A DNA stretch of 64,000 nucleotides from the human T2T-CHM13v2.0 reference genome, Homo sapiens. Position numbers and translations under genes: made by a program. Location: assembly GCF_009914755.1 (NCBI RefSeq), contig NC_060939.1. One strand, written 5' to 3'. Position 1 is the stretch's first letter. Each line of letters begins with the position of its first letter. Under the pieces are notes generated by a model. That model worked only from the letters and a program-made list of their open reading frames with translations, was not told the DNA's origin and ran no database searches. Below are positions 36,448 to 56,521 of the stretch, one piece after another.

Positions 36448-38201
36448 TCAGCTCAGTTACTAACAGACTAACTTTACTCAGATGGTAAATTCATGAGATT
36501 AAAAAATCCAGTATTTGACATTTTTCCACCTTCCTTAGTACTGTAGTTCCTGTGATTTAAGATAAAAAGATGGATTATCTACTGAATTTCAAAATCTGCC
36601 TCAAAACCTAAGAAAATACACCTGATTCTTCTTAAAATCCACCTGAACAATTAACAACTAAAAAGTCAAGAAGGTTCTAGCAAGCAGCTAGAAGGAATGA
36701 AAAGGAAAAAATGAGGTTACCCAAAGTACAGTGATCCCCTTCCTGACAATCGTGCCCCAGTCCCATTACACTTTCTTTATCCATGTGTCTGTCTTCCCTA
36801 CTAACAGAAGGCTATTTGAAGACAGCAACTACTGTGTGTTAATTTTTTGTATGTCAGCACCTAGCACTGGTCCAAGCATATGGTAGATATGGTTAAAATA
36901 AGTACTAAGTAAATTAATAACTACAACTCAGTGCGATGGCACTTGAGTTTTCCATTTGGAATGCCTAATGCTTTCCTCAAAATGCTGAAATACACACAAT
37001 ACATACAGAGCAAAGCAAATTCAGTGGATTTAAAATGTGCACGAATACTAACACAATTGATTTTTCTGAGTTCTTGCTTACATTTCATGGGAATACTTTT
37101 AAAAGACAGTTCTGCTGGGCAAGCCACAAGTATGAATACTCCAAGTAAATTCAGAGTTGCAATATTTCTACATTGACTTCTGTGTATTTTAAATCTTCCA
37201 TGATGATTGTAAATGATATCTACAGTTTATCTTGCTGTTCCCATATGTAGGTAAACAACTATGCAGAATTACTTATTTCAGTTAACAGCACTGAAAACTA
37301 CACACAAACAAATGTCTTCTCCTCTCTCAAAACAGCACCTGCCCATCCAAACAGATTAAATGACCAAAAAAATGAGACATCTAAATCATCTAATATGAAA
37401 GGAAGTCCAGTAACTTCTTCCTACCCTTATCTTCTCCCTCTCAATTTATAAACAAATTCTTTATTTTGGTCCCATTTAACTTGGAAATACACGGTCTTTT
37501 CTTCACCTAAGTAGTCTTTTCCTACCACACTTGAATCTCATGGTCATCCTGTAAGGAAAAACAGGGGAAGTACTAAAGACCCCATTTTACAGATGAAATA
37601 AAAACCCTGAGAAATATTGTGTGAAATCTCCTAGGTTCCCAAATAATACAACCAAATCTCTCAATTCCAGATTCACTGTTCTCTTCTCTACACTAAGCTG
37701 CCTACATTCTCTTACTCTCAATGTTCTTTTTCATCTGTGTTGTTGCCAAAATTATTCTCCATGCTCCCCAACCCAACTCTTCCAAACCCTATGTCCTGCC
37801 CTTTTGGTTAACATTTTCTTTTTCCACCAATTCTTTATCACCTTTCCAGTACATAAATCCCCCACTATGCTCCACAGGCAGCTTGATTTGTCCTACTCAC
37901 CCTTTTGGCTTCCCTTATTTTTAATTTTTAAGAAATTTTCTTGCCCTCTCCCCCATTATTTTAAAATCAGCTCCACAAACACTATCTTTTCACCTTTCCT
38001 GTCCACCTCTCTGTGGTTCTCAAGCCTTGTCAATTCCAGTCCCTGGTCTTGAACAGGAACCACCTGGGGCATTACTTTTTTAAATTATAAAAGTGATAAA
38101 CAGACAGATATAGCATGGATATCTATATTACCCATTTTTAGACAACCAAACATAACAGCAAACCAAAAGCAGTAAAAAGCATATAAAGAAAAGGTATTCA
38201 C

Positions 38202-38886
<685 letters not shown>

Positions 38887-39057
38887 TACTACAGAGTGGA
38901 TATTTTTTCTTATCAACATATAGACCTACCTTATTCATTTTAATAGCTACATATTAATAGTAGTATAATAGTATTCCACCATGTAACATATCTGTTTAAC
39001 TTTCCCCCTACTGATGGGCATTCATGCTGTTTCCATGTGTTAATTAGAAATATATAT

Positions 39058-39348
39058 TATAGTGAACACCTATTGCTTTTGCCTGGTCTGCATCCTTTTG
39101 TTCCTTCTGATAACACCACCTTATTCTTACAGTGGAAAGTACCATTTCCCCAGTGTTACTTCATGTGGTTAAAGTGGGGGCAACCCATCTCCCACTGACA
39201 TCCCGAGGATGCCACAAGCCCAATTACTCAGAATACTCTATCTGCCTGCCTGGGAAAACTGGCTCAGGAATGGGTGCCATGTCTCTCATGTAACAAGAGT
39301 CAACTCTAGGACTTTTGTGGAACTATAGAGAAGGAGGAGTATTCTCTC

Positions 39349-39388
<40 letters not shown>

Positions 39389-39680
39389 CCTGATCGCTAA
39401 ACTGAAAGCAGCTCAGCCTGGAGTTGCCAGGGACCACCACATGGAGAAAGCCTATTTGAGAATGAAGCTAATGCAGAGAAAGAAGAGGTGAGAAAAAAAG
39501 AGAGGCAAATGTATCACATACCTATGGACCAAGGACATTATTAGTCCTGTATCTGGATGGCTTGAAGTGAGAATGCTTTTGACTTCTCAGTTCTGTGAGC
39601 CAAGAAATTCTCCTCTCCCTCTCTCAAGTGAGCTTGAACTGGGATTCTACTCTTGGCAAATAAAAGCATCTAGACAAATA
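39058..39680 (+). mobile_element. MLT1-type LTR with internal (CT)n at ~39343-39389
   Basis: cagcctggagttgccagggaccaccacatggagaaagcct...gagaatgaagctaa...gacttctcagttctgtgagccaagaaattc. Confidence 0.65.
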
Positions 39681-39735
39681 GGCATGCAATACTACAAAAA
39701 AAAATCCTTAAGCCTATATTTTTGGGCATGTTTGT

Positions 39736-40416
<681 letters not shown>

Positions 40417-40519
40417 CAGAGTTCTAAATCTTCTTTGGTCCCTATTCTGACTCTAGGCTTGGGCCTATTTTCAACATTTAGCACGACAGTCCCCATTACT
40501 TGAGTACTCAGGTCTGTGA

Positions 40520-41179
<660 letters not shown>

Positions 41180-41180
<1 letters not shown>

Positions 41181-41322
41181 TATATATATATTATATATAT
41201 ATTTATATTTTATATTTATATAAACATATATATATTTGGAGATGAGGTCTTGCTCATATATGTATATGTATATATATATTAGGATATATATATATATACA
41301 CACACACATATACATATATATA
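41180..41322. repeat. (TA)n-rich low-complexity tract with embedded inverted Alu end
   Basis: Direct reading of the sequence. Confidence 0.9.
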
Positions 41323-44300
41323 TTAGGTGCTGTGCCTATCTTGTTCACTACTGTATCCCTAAGACTTAGCTTAGAATAGTACTTAACCCAAGTGGGATGC
41401 TCAAGAATATCTCTTTAATAAATGCATGAACAGAGACATAGCAGCCTCTGGGACTTGGTTTATTTTTTGTACTTGGAAAGCTTTCCTTACTCTTCCATTT
41501 TTATATGTTCAAATAAATCATAGTCGTTTTTTAAAGCTCAGCCCCATACATGCCACTCTCTCTATAAAACCTTTTCTCTTTCTCAAAATTAGAAACCATT
41601 TTTTCTTTCAGAACTTCCTCATTTTATATGCATTTTAAAAATATATATAACATTCTACTGTTTTAGCTTGTGTTACAGTTACTTACCATTATTGTCCTAC
41701 CATTAACCTCACTGTCCTAACATGAACATACTGTAAGCTCAGTAAATATTACATTTTCCTTCCAATGACACTCTAGTGTACTGAAGGGCAGAGATCATCT
41801 TATTTATAATTCTTTGGCCCTCAAATTACCCAGCATAGTGGTAGCTATAAACACAGTGATGTGTAGTGTTTTGTTAGTGAAAACTTCATCTCCTTGCATT
41901 ATCACTAATGTAGAAGAGATTACCTACAGGCTGGCTTTAAGGCAATATGAAGTATAAAGAAAAGAAAATGCAGAAAAATGTTAAAAGTGTGTTAGACTGC
42001 TGAAAGCACAAGAATGCAGAATCGTGCAGATCTGACAAACTCTTCTTTTAATGGATGGAATATAAATTACTTTTGTAGAAAGAAAATGACAATATAATTG
42101 TCACAAATGTTAAAAATTGATCTTTTTATTGGTTTTTGTTCCAAGCACACTTACAAATAACTTATATTCTCAAATAGAAAAGGGCTTAGCTAGCAGCTAG
42201 ATTACTATTATGATAGTAGGCACAAGGAGTTATCTATCTTTAAATAGTTTGTTACTGGAACTTAAGGAAATGTTTTCTTACCAATGACACTGACAGATAC
42301 TGGAAAGGAACTAGTTAAGTTTTAATATAATACAGTAGATACATAATTCTGCCTTCTCATAATCATAGGAATAATTCTCTTCAATGACTCACCTTCTTCA
42401 TTCCATAGTACTCCACAGCTTTGGGAATGCTAAATGTTACCTCCCTTCTAAATGATTAACCTTGACATACTATGAGCTAGGAAGAAGAGTGACTAAGGGC
42501 TGTGGTCAGTCCTTTGAGGGTCACTGAGCTTACTTCTAGTCCTTATTTTAGACTGAGACTTCCCTTGTCTTTGACCTCCTTAAACAAGCATTCTCTAACG
42601 GCAGCCACTAAAAGCTCTACTCAATGCCAGAAAAATGGCTGTGAGAATACGGATGGAAGAGAAACATACAGGTATACAGTAAGAGAAATACGAGTAAAGA
42701 CCAAAAAAAGGTCAAAATATGACATAGAATTAAAGGGAGAAAATAGCACCAGAACCTTCAGGGTCTGTGTCTATTTCCAAGCAAGCTCCCACTGACAGGT
42801 TTTGGTGATCCACCTTTTTGAAACCTCTGCCTGCATAAGCACTATATTGATTTCCTATAACTAATCACAACTCTTCAGTCCAGTTCACTTATATGTAAGT
42901 TACATGGGTGTATTTCTAGAACCTTACCTTCTATTTTTCATGAAGCCCTTTAAAAGAAAACAAAATCTAAGTAGCAAATTCTACCTTCACACTGAGCAAA
43001 TAACCTCAAGCAGTTCTGCACTTTGCAAAATGATGCGCTGAAAAGGTGTCAGTACTTTGTGTTACTGTGGGATGTATGAAGGCCAAACAATTTTTATAAT
43101 AAACTCACAACAGTCTATTTGCAATTAAGGAAATTACTGGTCCAAAATGTGTAAAATAGAAATGTTTTTCTTTTGCAGGAGGGAAAAGGACAGATTCTCT
43201 CTCTCTCTCTTTCTCTCTTTTTTTTACATTTTCCTTTCCCCAGTGCAAAATTCTCTAAAATTTTATAAATGTAATTAAAGGCAATTACTCTATGTGGCTC
43301 AGGTGATTTAGAGCTATTTGAGAATTTAAAGAGGCAGGGAAGGACCACAGGAGGTCTGGCCCTAAAAGATAAGCAAGTCTCTTACAGCATTATATATGAA
43401 TATCTCTTGCTTATATTTCATCACGCAGTAGGGTACACTGTTAGCCACAGTATCAGAAATGTCCTAAAACTTTACGGAAATTACAAAGGACACACAACTG
43501 GAAAATTCGTCCTGGTCCAGAAGTCGGGCCTCAGAAATATCAGGATTTTGTTTTTGTTTTTTGCAAACTAGTATAGCTAAAGGCTGAGGTCCTGATATTT
43601 CACCCTTGGAAGAAGAGATGGAAATTCATAGTATCACTATTTAAGCTCCATTTAAGACTAGAAATTATTAGTACTGAGTATGTGAATTATACCTTTCCAA
43701 GTCCAATAAATGAAACAACTCTTCCTATTTTTTTCTTCACAAAATTAAGCATTTGCCACACACTGGACTTAAGCTACAACATCAATGGAAACATTTAAAT
43801 ATCCTTTTAAAATGTTTCCTGACAATGCAGGTAGATTTGAAATCTCTCTCTCCCTCCCGCTTCCTCTCTCAAATGAAAAGATGACCACACCACACTTTTC
43901 CTCATCTGACATTTGTTCCATAAGATAGAGCTGGTTTTCATATACTGATCAGGTTCTTGCTACTAACTCACCAAATCAGGCACACTTTTATATTTAAGTT
44001 CTGCTCCCTAAGAGGAACAACTGTGACATTAGTGCTGCTCAGATATTTTCAAACACCCCCCTCACCCTTTACCCAGTGAACGGGATTGCAACTTTTTGTT
44101 TTTAACATGAGGCTGTTAAAATAAATATAAAATATTATAAAAAATAAAATATAAAATAAAATTAGGTTGCTGTTGCCCTAATATTTACTTATTTCAAATA
44201 GGCCACTCACACAGGAGCAGGTCCTGAGAGCATAAAAGTTAGGCAGATGTTGCTTTAAACCTCAACTCATCATTCCAGACCCCCTCAAAGTATGAGATGA

Positions 44301-44552
44301 GCTACCTCACTTAACAGAGGCTCAAAGCAGGTTTTTCTCCAAAATGATTATTTTCCCACAAGAGGTGGTGAGTACAATACATTGTGAAAGGTGTAGTTCT
44401 GTTTCTGGGGGTACTCACTGCCCTATGCCAGGACCACACACTAGCTCTCAGTTTCTACTCCCTACTTTAACAATCTCAAGATGTTAAAATGTCTCAAGGC
44501 AAAATGGCTTGCTATTTAGCAAGTGTTACTAGAAGAGAAAGAAAAGCATGGT

Positions 44553-45155
44553 CTGTAAGCTCTCCATTTCCTTGTTATATTGTCATTTTTTTTCTCCCAG
44601 CTCTTAAACCTCATTCTTAGAGAATCTGCTCTCTCTTGAGTGGTGGGCCCATGTGGTTCTGTACCCACAAGTAAGCTACCTGGACCAGGATTGAAAAGCT
44701 GACCCAAGATGGGTCAGCCAATCTTCTTCTTAGGAATGTGCAGTTGTGACATAAGGGCTCTACTCAATCTCTGCTAGGGCTTAAATTGAGGAGAAGGGCT
44801 ATGCAGGAGGCCTTTTCCCACAAAATACAAGAAGCAGAGAAGGCTGGTAATGTAGACAAAATGATACTGGTAGACGCAAGCTGAGGCAAGAGATTTTACA
44901 GCCCTAAGCAGGAGGAGGGTCAAAAAAAGTGTCAGAGACAAGAAGAGTTGAAAAGAAAGCCAGGGACCAAGAGTAGTTGTCTTGGTTCCTAGGAATTATC
45001 CAAGTGTTTTGTTCTAATCCCTAGATAGGCCTGTATATTTCCTATCTTGGTTTCATGACATATCCTGCTGGTCTTCCAGTAAATCTTCCTTTTGAGTTTA
45101 AGCTAATTTAAATAGATGCTGTTATTTGCAATCAAAACAGTGTTGACTAAGAACA
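44553..45155 (+). mobile_element. Old MLT1-type LTR
   Basis: tgacccaagatgggtcagccaatc...taaatcttccttttgagtttaagcta...gttatttgcaatcaaaacagtgttgactaagaaca. Confidence 0.55.
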
Positions 45156-45724
45156 TATATAGCTGCTCTACCTCCTCTTAAACCAACATTTTTTATTGGC
45201 TTGTTTCACACAATAGATAACTGGAAAAGCACCCAAACATGAGATGACAAAATGTTTGATGGCAATTTAACACATGTATCAGTAAAATGAAATTTCAGCC
45301 CCAAAGTGGGTGTCTGAGAAATCATGGCAAACCAGAGTGATGCCTCAGTATTTCCAAAGACACTGAAAACGAAAAAAACCTCATTGGGCTTTATAAATCA
45401 ACAAAATATATGTAGCTTAAATCTGTTCCGTATAAATATAGCAGAAGCAGAAAGAGTCTAAAAGTCTAAAAACCCACAAAAAGTTTTTGGGTAAAGGAAA
45501 GGGGGTTCTGGATTATCTTCCCCGCAAGGTAGAAGTTAAACTCCTGAGTGGATAGTAACTTAAGGACTGTGTTAATGAGAACATATTTGGCAATGATTGT
45601 GCAACTCCGAGGTGACTGAGAAAGATTCAAACACTGAACTCATTTGTATTGTATATATTTATTTTCTGTATTTCAAACATTTCTTAAATACTTACTATGT
45701 ACAAGATACTACACTAGACGGTTA

Positions 45725-46066
<342 letters not shown>

Positions 46067-46169
46067 TCAATTCATGGCTATCTCCACTTATTCACACTAT
46101 CTAGAATTGGAGATGACAATGTCTAAATCTTCAGTCCTCAAAATGTAATTGCAAGGCTATCCATTCATA

Positions 46170-47130
46170 CTTTTGCACAGCAAAAGAAATAATCAACAGG
46201 GAGAGGAGATAACCTGTTGAATGGGAGAAAATAACTGCAACTATTCATCTGACAGGGGACTAATAACCAGAATATACAAGGAACTCAAACAACAAAACCC
46301 ACCGCAAATAATCCAATTTAAAAGTGGGAAAAGAACATTAATAGACATTTTTCAAAAGAAGACACACATGGCCAAGAGGTTATTAAAAAATGTTCAACAT
46401 TAGTACTCATTAAAGAAATGCAAATCAAAACCACAATGGCATATCATCTTACTGCAGTCAGAACGGCTACTATTAAATTAAGAAAATAACAGATGTTAGC
46501 AAGGATGCAGAGAAAGGGAACTCTTTTACACTGTTGGTGGGAATGTAAATTAGTACAGTCTCTATGGAAGACAATATGGAGATTTCCCAAAGAACTAAAA
46601 ATAGAACTACTATTGGATCTAGCAATCCCAGTACTGGGTATCTACTCAAAGGAAAAGAAATCAATATATCAAAAAGATATCTGTACTCATGTATTTTTCA
46701 CAGGACTATGCACAACAGCAAAGATATGGAATTAACCTAAGTGTCCATCAATGGATGAATCAATAAAGAAAATGTGGTATACATACATAATAGAGTAATA
46801 TTTAGCCACAAAAAGTGTGAGATCCTGTCATTTGCAGCAACAAGTATGGAACCTAAGTTAAAACAAACCAGGCACAGAAAGACAAATACTGTATGATATC
46901 ATTCATAAGTGCTAAAAAATAGGTTTACATGAATGTTGAGAGTGGAATTATAGAGAATAGAAATTTGGAATGGTGAGGGAGTGGGAGGGGGAAGGAAGAT
47001 GAGAAATTGGTTGGTAGGTACACAATGTATGTTATTTGGGTGATGAATACCCTACAAACCCTGACTTGACCACTATGCAATCTATGTATATAACAAAATT
47101 GCACAGGTATCCTCAAAATTTGTACAAATG
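46170..47130 (+). mobile_element. L1MA-type 3' fragment (ORF2 end plus 3'UTR)
   Basis: ORF 46493..46735 ([29 protein letters not shown]) is the L1 ORF2 C-terminus; followed by an L1M-type 3'UTR. Confidence 0.9.
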
Positions 47131-48142
47131 AAACAGGAAGACAAAATAACTTTTCCCTGAATTTAGGAGTATAGGTAATACCTCTGGCAGAGAGACCTGA
47201 AAAATTTATACATGGCAAGAAAAGATCCAAATTTTACTTTCTTTTACCAGGTTCACTATTTCATCCTTTCTTCCCAGGTTATGTAAATTTTCTACCCAAA
47301 TGAAGATCAAAAGGTTTCTTCTAAGTTCCCTAAGCACTCCTAGAGGACAACTAAGTTCAGGCATGTTCTTTGTTCACAACTACCTGTGTTAAAAGAGTCC
47401 TCTTTAAGTAAAATTCCCATTTTTTCTAGTATATCTTCAGAAGTTTGTATTCTTGAATTCTTGTATTCTGTTTCCTGTGTTGCTCAGCTTATTTATAATG
47501 TACTCCTAAGGATGTTCACAACATTATAAAAGGGTCTTATCAATATTACACTTTCTTATGACTTCTTCAGATCTATAGTTAATTGCTCTATTGAAACAGA
47601 ACCATGCTCCTGTTAATTTACAGTTGCCTAGATTCAAAGCTCTTTTGTGGTACCAACCAGCACTGCTTATCTTTTATGAGGGCATATAAAACCATTCCCT
47701 CCAAGCGACTTCGAAATTGCAAAGCCTGATAACCTCTATTAACACTTACTTTATTCACACCACAAAGGTTTCAGTGGGTGAAACAGTTTGAATACAGGAG
47801 CACTAAGCTTCTCAGTTGTATACATGGCACATGCATTCAACATCAATGATTGATTTACTGTGGGAAAAAAATTTCAAAACCTAAAAAACTCAAGGCCATA
47901 AAAGGTTTTGGAAGTAACGAAGGCAGCCTTCTGAGTCACAAAATTAGGGGGCATCATGTGAAACAGGAAATCTTGCTCTTTCACTGGGGGAAATTTCCAA
48001 TCTTTGCCCCAGTTAAAAGCTTTTATGACTGTCTTCTGCCACTGTTTTAAAATTAGGTAAGGGATAATGTGTGGATGGCTCTAGGAATCTGCTGGGTTTA
48101 TAGGTATATACGCACATAAAAAAAATCTGTACAAAAACATGC

Positions 48143-48350
48143 AGCCTGGGCAACAAAGCAAGATCCCATCTCTATAAAAAATAAAAAATTAGCCAGGCAT
48201 GGTAGTGTGCACCTGTATTCCCAGCTACTCTACTTGGGAGGCTGAAGTGAGAGGATCTCTTGAGCCCAGGAGTTTGAGGCTGCAGTAAGCTATGATCACG
48301 CCACTACACTCCAGCCTGGGTGACAGAGCAAGACCCTGTCCCTTAAAAAA

Positions 48351-48399
<49 letters not shown>
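48143..48399 (+). mobile_element. 5'-truncated AluJ with A/(TA)n tail
   Basis: Alu consensus from gcagcctgggcaac. Confidence 0.85.
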
Positions 48400-48403
<4 letters not shown>

Positions 48404-49143
48404 AAAAACCCACATTCCTAGTGCAGGTTTGCTTACTGTGTGACTTTAGGTAAGTTACTGAAGTTCCTGTGCTCAAAAATGGGAAAAAAAGAAACAACCA
48501 CATAAAGTGCCTATTAGACTGAGCCCTACTGACTTGGGCTCCTGAATTACAGCTATGGCGTGTATTCTGAATTCAAACCTCCAGAGCACCCATTTTTTCC
48601 CTGGAGTTGGGCCAGGGCTGTGCCATGCCCCCCCAGGGATAGAGATTCACAGCTGGAACCCAACCCCCTGGATCTGGGCTGCTAAAGGTACCTCAAGACC
48701 CTGAGCCTAGGATCCTAGTCTCACGGCTGCTTGTAGGCTATGTCAGATACCAAGAGTCTCCCCATTGTGGGGAAAATGAGAACAGGAGGACCCAAAAGTC
48801 TTTTCCAACAAGGATATTAACAACCTTCTGCCATCACTACCAAAAAACTCTATACCCTAGGCCACTAAGGCATCCACATTTATTCCTGATGTTTAATGTA
48901 GCCAAAGAAGTTGCACAGAGGCTGTATCACTAAACCTACCTGCACACAGATTCATCACACTCTTCCCAACCGGCACACTAAGACCCAACTGCAGGTGAAA
49001 GTCTTTGTCTATCAAAGCCACTCTAGAAAGTTTAAGAGAGTCAACAGTTCCATTAGATGCACAAACATCAACACAGTGGTACAGAAACATGAAAAAGCAA
49101 GAAAATATGACACCACCAAAGAAGCATAACTCTTTAGTAATAG

Positions 49144-50138
<995 letters not shown>

Positions 50139-52096
50139 TTACAAGACTTATGGGACACCATTAAGTGAACAAACATGCATATTATATGATTTCTAGAAGA
50201 AGAGATGAAAAAAGGCATAGAAAACCTATTTAATGAAATAACAACTGAAAATTTTTCATGTCTAAGGAGAGATATGAACATCCAGGTCCAGGGAGCTCAA
50301 AGGTTCCCAAATATATTTAACCCAAAAAGGTCCACTTTATATTACAGTCCTAAATTGTGAAAAGTCAAACACAAAGAGAGTACTCTAAAAACAGCAAGAA
50401 AAAAGAGTCAAGAAAATTATAAGGGAGTAACAGCAGATTTCTCAGTGGAAACCTTACAGGCCAGGAGAGAATGAAATGATATGTGCAAAGTAATGGAAAG
50501 AAAAAAAAAACTCTCAGCCAAAAATACTACATATAGCAAAGCTATCCTTCAGAAATGAGAGAGCAATAAAGTCTTTCCCAGACAAGCAAAAACTGAAGGA
50601 ATCTGTCACTACTAGACTGGACTTACAAGAAATGCTCAAGAGAATCCTGCATCTGGAGGTCAAAAGATGATAATTACCATCATAAAAATACGTAAATCTA
50701 TAAAACTCACTGATAAAGCAGATACACAAAGGAGAAAGAGAAAAAGAAAAAGAATCAAACCGTATCACTACAGAAAACCACCAAGTTGCGATGATTAACA
50801 GTAAGAGAGGAATAAAGAATATATAAAGCAACCAGAAAAAGATTAACAAAATGAGAGGAGTAATTCCTCACCTGTGAAAAATAGCCTTGAATATAAACCG
50901 ATTATATTCTCCCACTTACAAGATGCAGACTGGATGAACTGATAAAAAACGATGACCCAACTATATACTGCCTACAAGAAACTCACTTCACCTATAAAGA
51001 TATATACAGACTAAAAATGAAGGGATGGAAAAAGATATTCTACACAAATGGAAACCAAAAGCAAGGAGGAGTAGATATATCAAAAGATCTTAAGTCAAAG
51101 CTGTAAAAAGCAACAAAGAAGGTAATTATACAATGTTAAAGAGAACAATCCAGCAATAGGATATAACCAATTGTAAATATATGTGTGCTCAATGTCAGAG
51201 CACTCAGAAAGATAAAATATTACTGGATCTAATGGGAAAGATAGATTCCAGTACGATAATTGTTGGGGGCTTCAACATCCCATTGGATTTAAACATCACT
51301 TTAGACCAAATAGACCTAACAGACATTTACAAAACATTTCATCCAACAGCTTCAGAGTATATACTTTTCATCAGCATATGGAATATTATCCAGGACAGGC
51401 CATGTGTTAGGCCTCAAAACAAATTTCAAAAAATTTAAAATAAATGGTATAACAAATATCTTTTCTGACCATAAGGAAATAAAACCAGAGATCAATAACA
51501 AGAGGAACTTTAGAAACTGTATAAATACATGGAAATTCAACAACATGCTCCTGAATAACTATAGTGTCAATAAAGAAATCAAGATGGTGTACAGCAATAA
51601 ACACATCAAAAAAGTAGAGATTTCAAATAAACAACCTAATGATGCATATCAAGAAACTAGAAAAGAAAAAAAAAACAAGTCTAAATTCAGTAGAAGGAGA
51701 GAAATAATAAAGAGCAGAAATCAACAAAATTAAGACCAAAAGTTGCAAAAGATCAATGAAACAAAAAGTTGTTTTTTTAAAAAAAAAGATAGACAAAACC
51801 AACAAACCATTAGCTAGACTAACCAAGAAAAAAATGAGAAGACTCAAATAAATAAAATCAGAAACGAAAAAGGAGACATTACAACTGATACCACAGAAAT
51901 ACAAAGAATCATTAGAGACTACTATGAACAACTATATGCTAACAAACTGAAAAACCTAATGGAAATGGATAAATTCCTGGACATATACCACCAACCAAAA
52001 CTGAACCATGAAAAACACAACCTGAACTAATTATGAGTGATAAGACTGAAGCAGTAACTTATTCCATCAAAGGAAAGGCCAGAACCTGATGGCTTC

Positions 52097-52485
52097 TGAT
52101 ATAGTTCAAATATTTGTCCCTGCTCAAATTTCATGTGGAATTGTAATCTCCAATGCTGGAGGTGGGGCTTGGTGGGAGGTGTTTGAATCATGGCGGTGCT
52201 GTCTTCATGGTAAGTGACTTCTCATTAGATCTGGTCATTTTTTCCCCCACTTTCCCCCGACTCCCAGTCACTCTTCTTCCTACTTTTGTATTGTGATGTA
52301 CCAGTCCCCACTTTGCCTTCTGCTATGACTGTAAGCTTTCTGAAGCCTCATCAGAAGCCAAGCAGATGCCTGGTGCCACACTTCCTGTGCAGCCTGCAGA
52401 ACCATGAGCCAATTAAACCTCTTTTCTTTATAATTTATACAGTCTCAGGTATTTCCTCATAGCAATGCAAGAATGGCCTAATACG
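52097..52485 (+). mobile_element. MSTA/MSTB (ERVL-MaLR) solo LTR inserted in L1 ORF2
   Basis: tgatatagtt...gagccaattaaacctcttttc...ctaatacg; 5-bp TSD gcttc; the L1 text gatggcttc|actactgaattc resumes afterwards. Confidence 0.88.
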
Positions 52486-52908
52486 GCTTCACTACTGAAT
52501 TCAACCAGATTTATATCAATAACTAATATAAATTCTTCTAAAACATTAGAAAAGTGAAGAGGAGAAAATTCTTCCAAACTCATTCTGAGTCCAGGATTAC
52601 CCTGATGCCAAAACCAGACCAGGACACAACAACAAAAGAAAACTACATAGCAATATTCCTCATGAACATAGATGCAAAAATTCTTAACAAAATACTAGCA
52701 AACCAAATCCAACAATGTATAAAAAAGATAATTCACCATGATCAAGTGGGATTTATTCCAGGGATGCAAGAATGATTCAACATACATAAATTAATATATG
52801 AGATATATCTCATGAATAGAATGGACAAAACCGTATGATCATCTCAATAGACACAGAAAAGGCATTTGATAAAATTCAACATCCCTTCATGATTAAAAAA
52901 AAATCCTC

Positions 52909-54690
<1,782 letters not shown>

Positions 54691-55496
54691 CAACACAGCT
54701 GGAGGCATCACCCACTAATCACGCACTACCTGATGTCAAAATATACTACAAAGCTACAGTAACCAAACAGCATGTTACTGGCATAAACAGACAAAGAGAC
54801 CAAGGGAAGAGAGGAGAGAACCCAGAAATAAACCCACATATTTGGAACCAGCTAATTTTCAACAAAGGTGCCAAGAACATTCAGTAGGGAAAGGATGGTC
54901 TGTTTAGAGAAATGAAACTAGACCCCTATCTCTAACTATACAAAAAAAAACAAATCAAAATGGATTAAAGACTTAGATGTAAGACCTGAAACTATGAAAC
55001 TACTAGAATAAAACATTGGGGAAATGCTTCATGACATTGGTCTGGGCAAAATCTTTCAGGTAAGACCTCAAAAACACAGGCAACAGAAGCAAAAATAAAC
55101 AAATGGAATTTCAGCAAGCTAAGAAGCTCCTGCACAGCAAAGGAAACAACTGAGTGAAGAGACAACCAGTAGAATAAGAGAAAATATAATATATGCAAAC
55201 CATGTATCTAATAAGGGATTAATTAATAGCCAGGATATATATGCAATTCAAACAACTCAATAGCAAAAAATAGTAAAAATAATAATCTGATTTAAAAATG
55301 GGCAAATGATCTTCACAGCCATTATCAAAATCAGTTTATCAAAAACATGTGTGTACGTCCATGTTTATTACAGCTCTATTCATAATAGCAAAGATATGCA
55401 ATTAACCTAAGTGTCCATTAACAGATAAAGGACAAAAAAATGTGGTACATATACACACAAGGAAATACTATTCACCCATAAAAAAGAATGAAATTC

Positions 55497-55629
55497 ACAC
55501 CTGTAAGCCCAGCTCTCAGAGAGGCGAGGTGGGAGGATAGTTTGAGCCCAGGAGTTTGAGACCTGACTGGGCAGTATAGCGAGACCCCGGTTCTCCACAA
55601 AAAGGAAAAAAAAAAAAGACACACACACA
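55497..55629 (+). pseudogene. BC200 (BCYRN1) RNA retropseudogene
   Basis: cccagctctcag.gaggc..gaggtgggaggatagtttgagcccaggagtttgagacctg.ctgggcagtatagcgagacccc.gttctcca.aaaaaggaaaaaaa carries BC200-diagnostic positions as I recall them; 17-bp TSD aaaaaagaatgaaattc. Confidence 0.85.
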
Positions 55630-56193
55630 AAAAAAGAATGAAATTCTGTCATTTGCAGCAACACAGATGGAACTGGAGGCCTTTATAATAACTGAAATAA
55701 GGTAGGCAGGGAAAGACAAATATCACATGTTCTCGCTCATGTGAAAACTTAAAAAGTTGATCTCATATAGAATGATGGTTACCAGAGGCTGGGAATGGTT
55801 GGGTGTGGGGAGGATGAAGAGAGCTTGGTTAATGGGTACAAACATACAGTTAGAAGCAATAAATTCTAGTGTTGATAGCACAGCAGAGTGACTATAGTTA
55901 ACAATAATTTATTGTATATTTCAAAATAGCCAGAAGAGTAGATTTGAAATGTTCCCAACACAAAGAAATGGTAAATGTTTGAGGTAATGAGTAGCTTAAC
56001 CACCCTGACTTGATAATTACACATAGATATGCATGTATCAAAATATCACATATATCCCATAAATAGGTATATTATGTATCAATTTTAAAAATGAACCGCC
56101 TACTAGGTATTTAACAAGTTAACTGGCTTTCTCTGCCCAATGAGATTTTGTTTTGACTACTGCATTTGTGAAGTTTCAACTGGGGTCTTGTTA

Positions 56194-56521
<328 letters not shown>

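Noticed and set aside
43534-43601. 12-bp inverted repeat gaaatatcagga / tcctgatatttc with 44-nt spacer
   Set aside because: A 12-bp inverted match at this spacing is plausible by chance in 64 kb of AT-rich DNA, and no TSD or further structure was seen.
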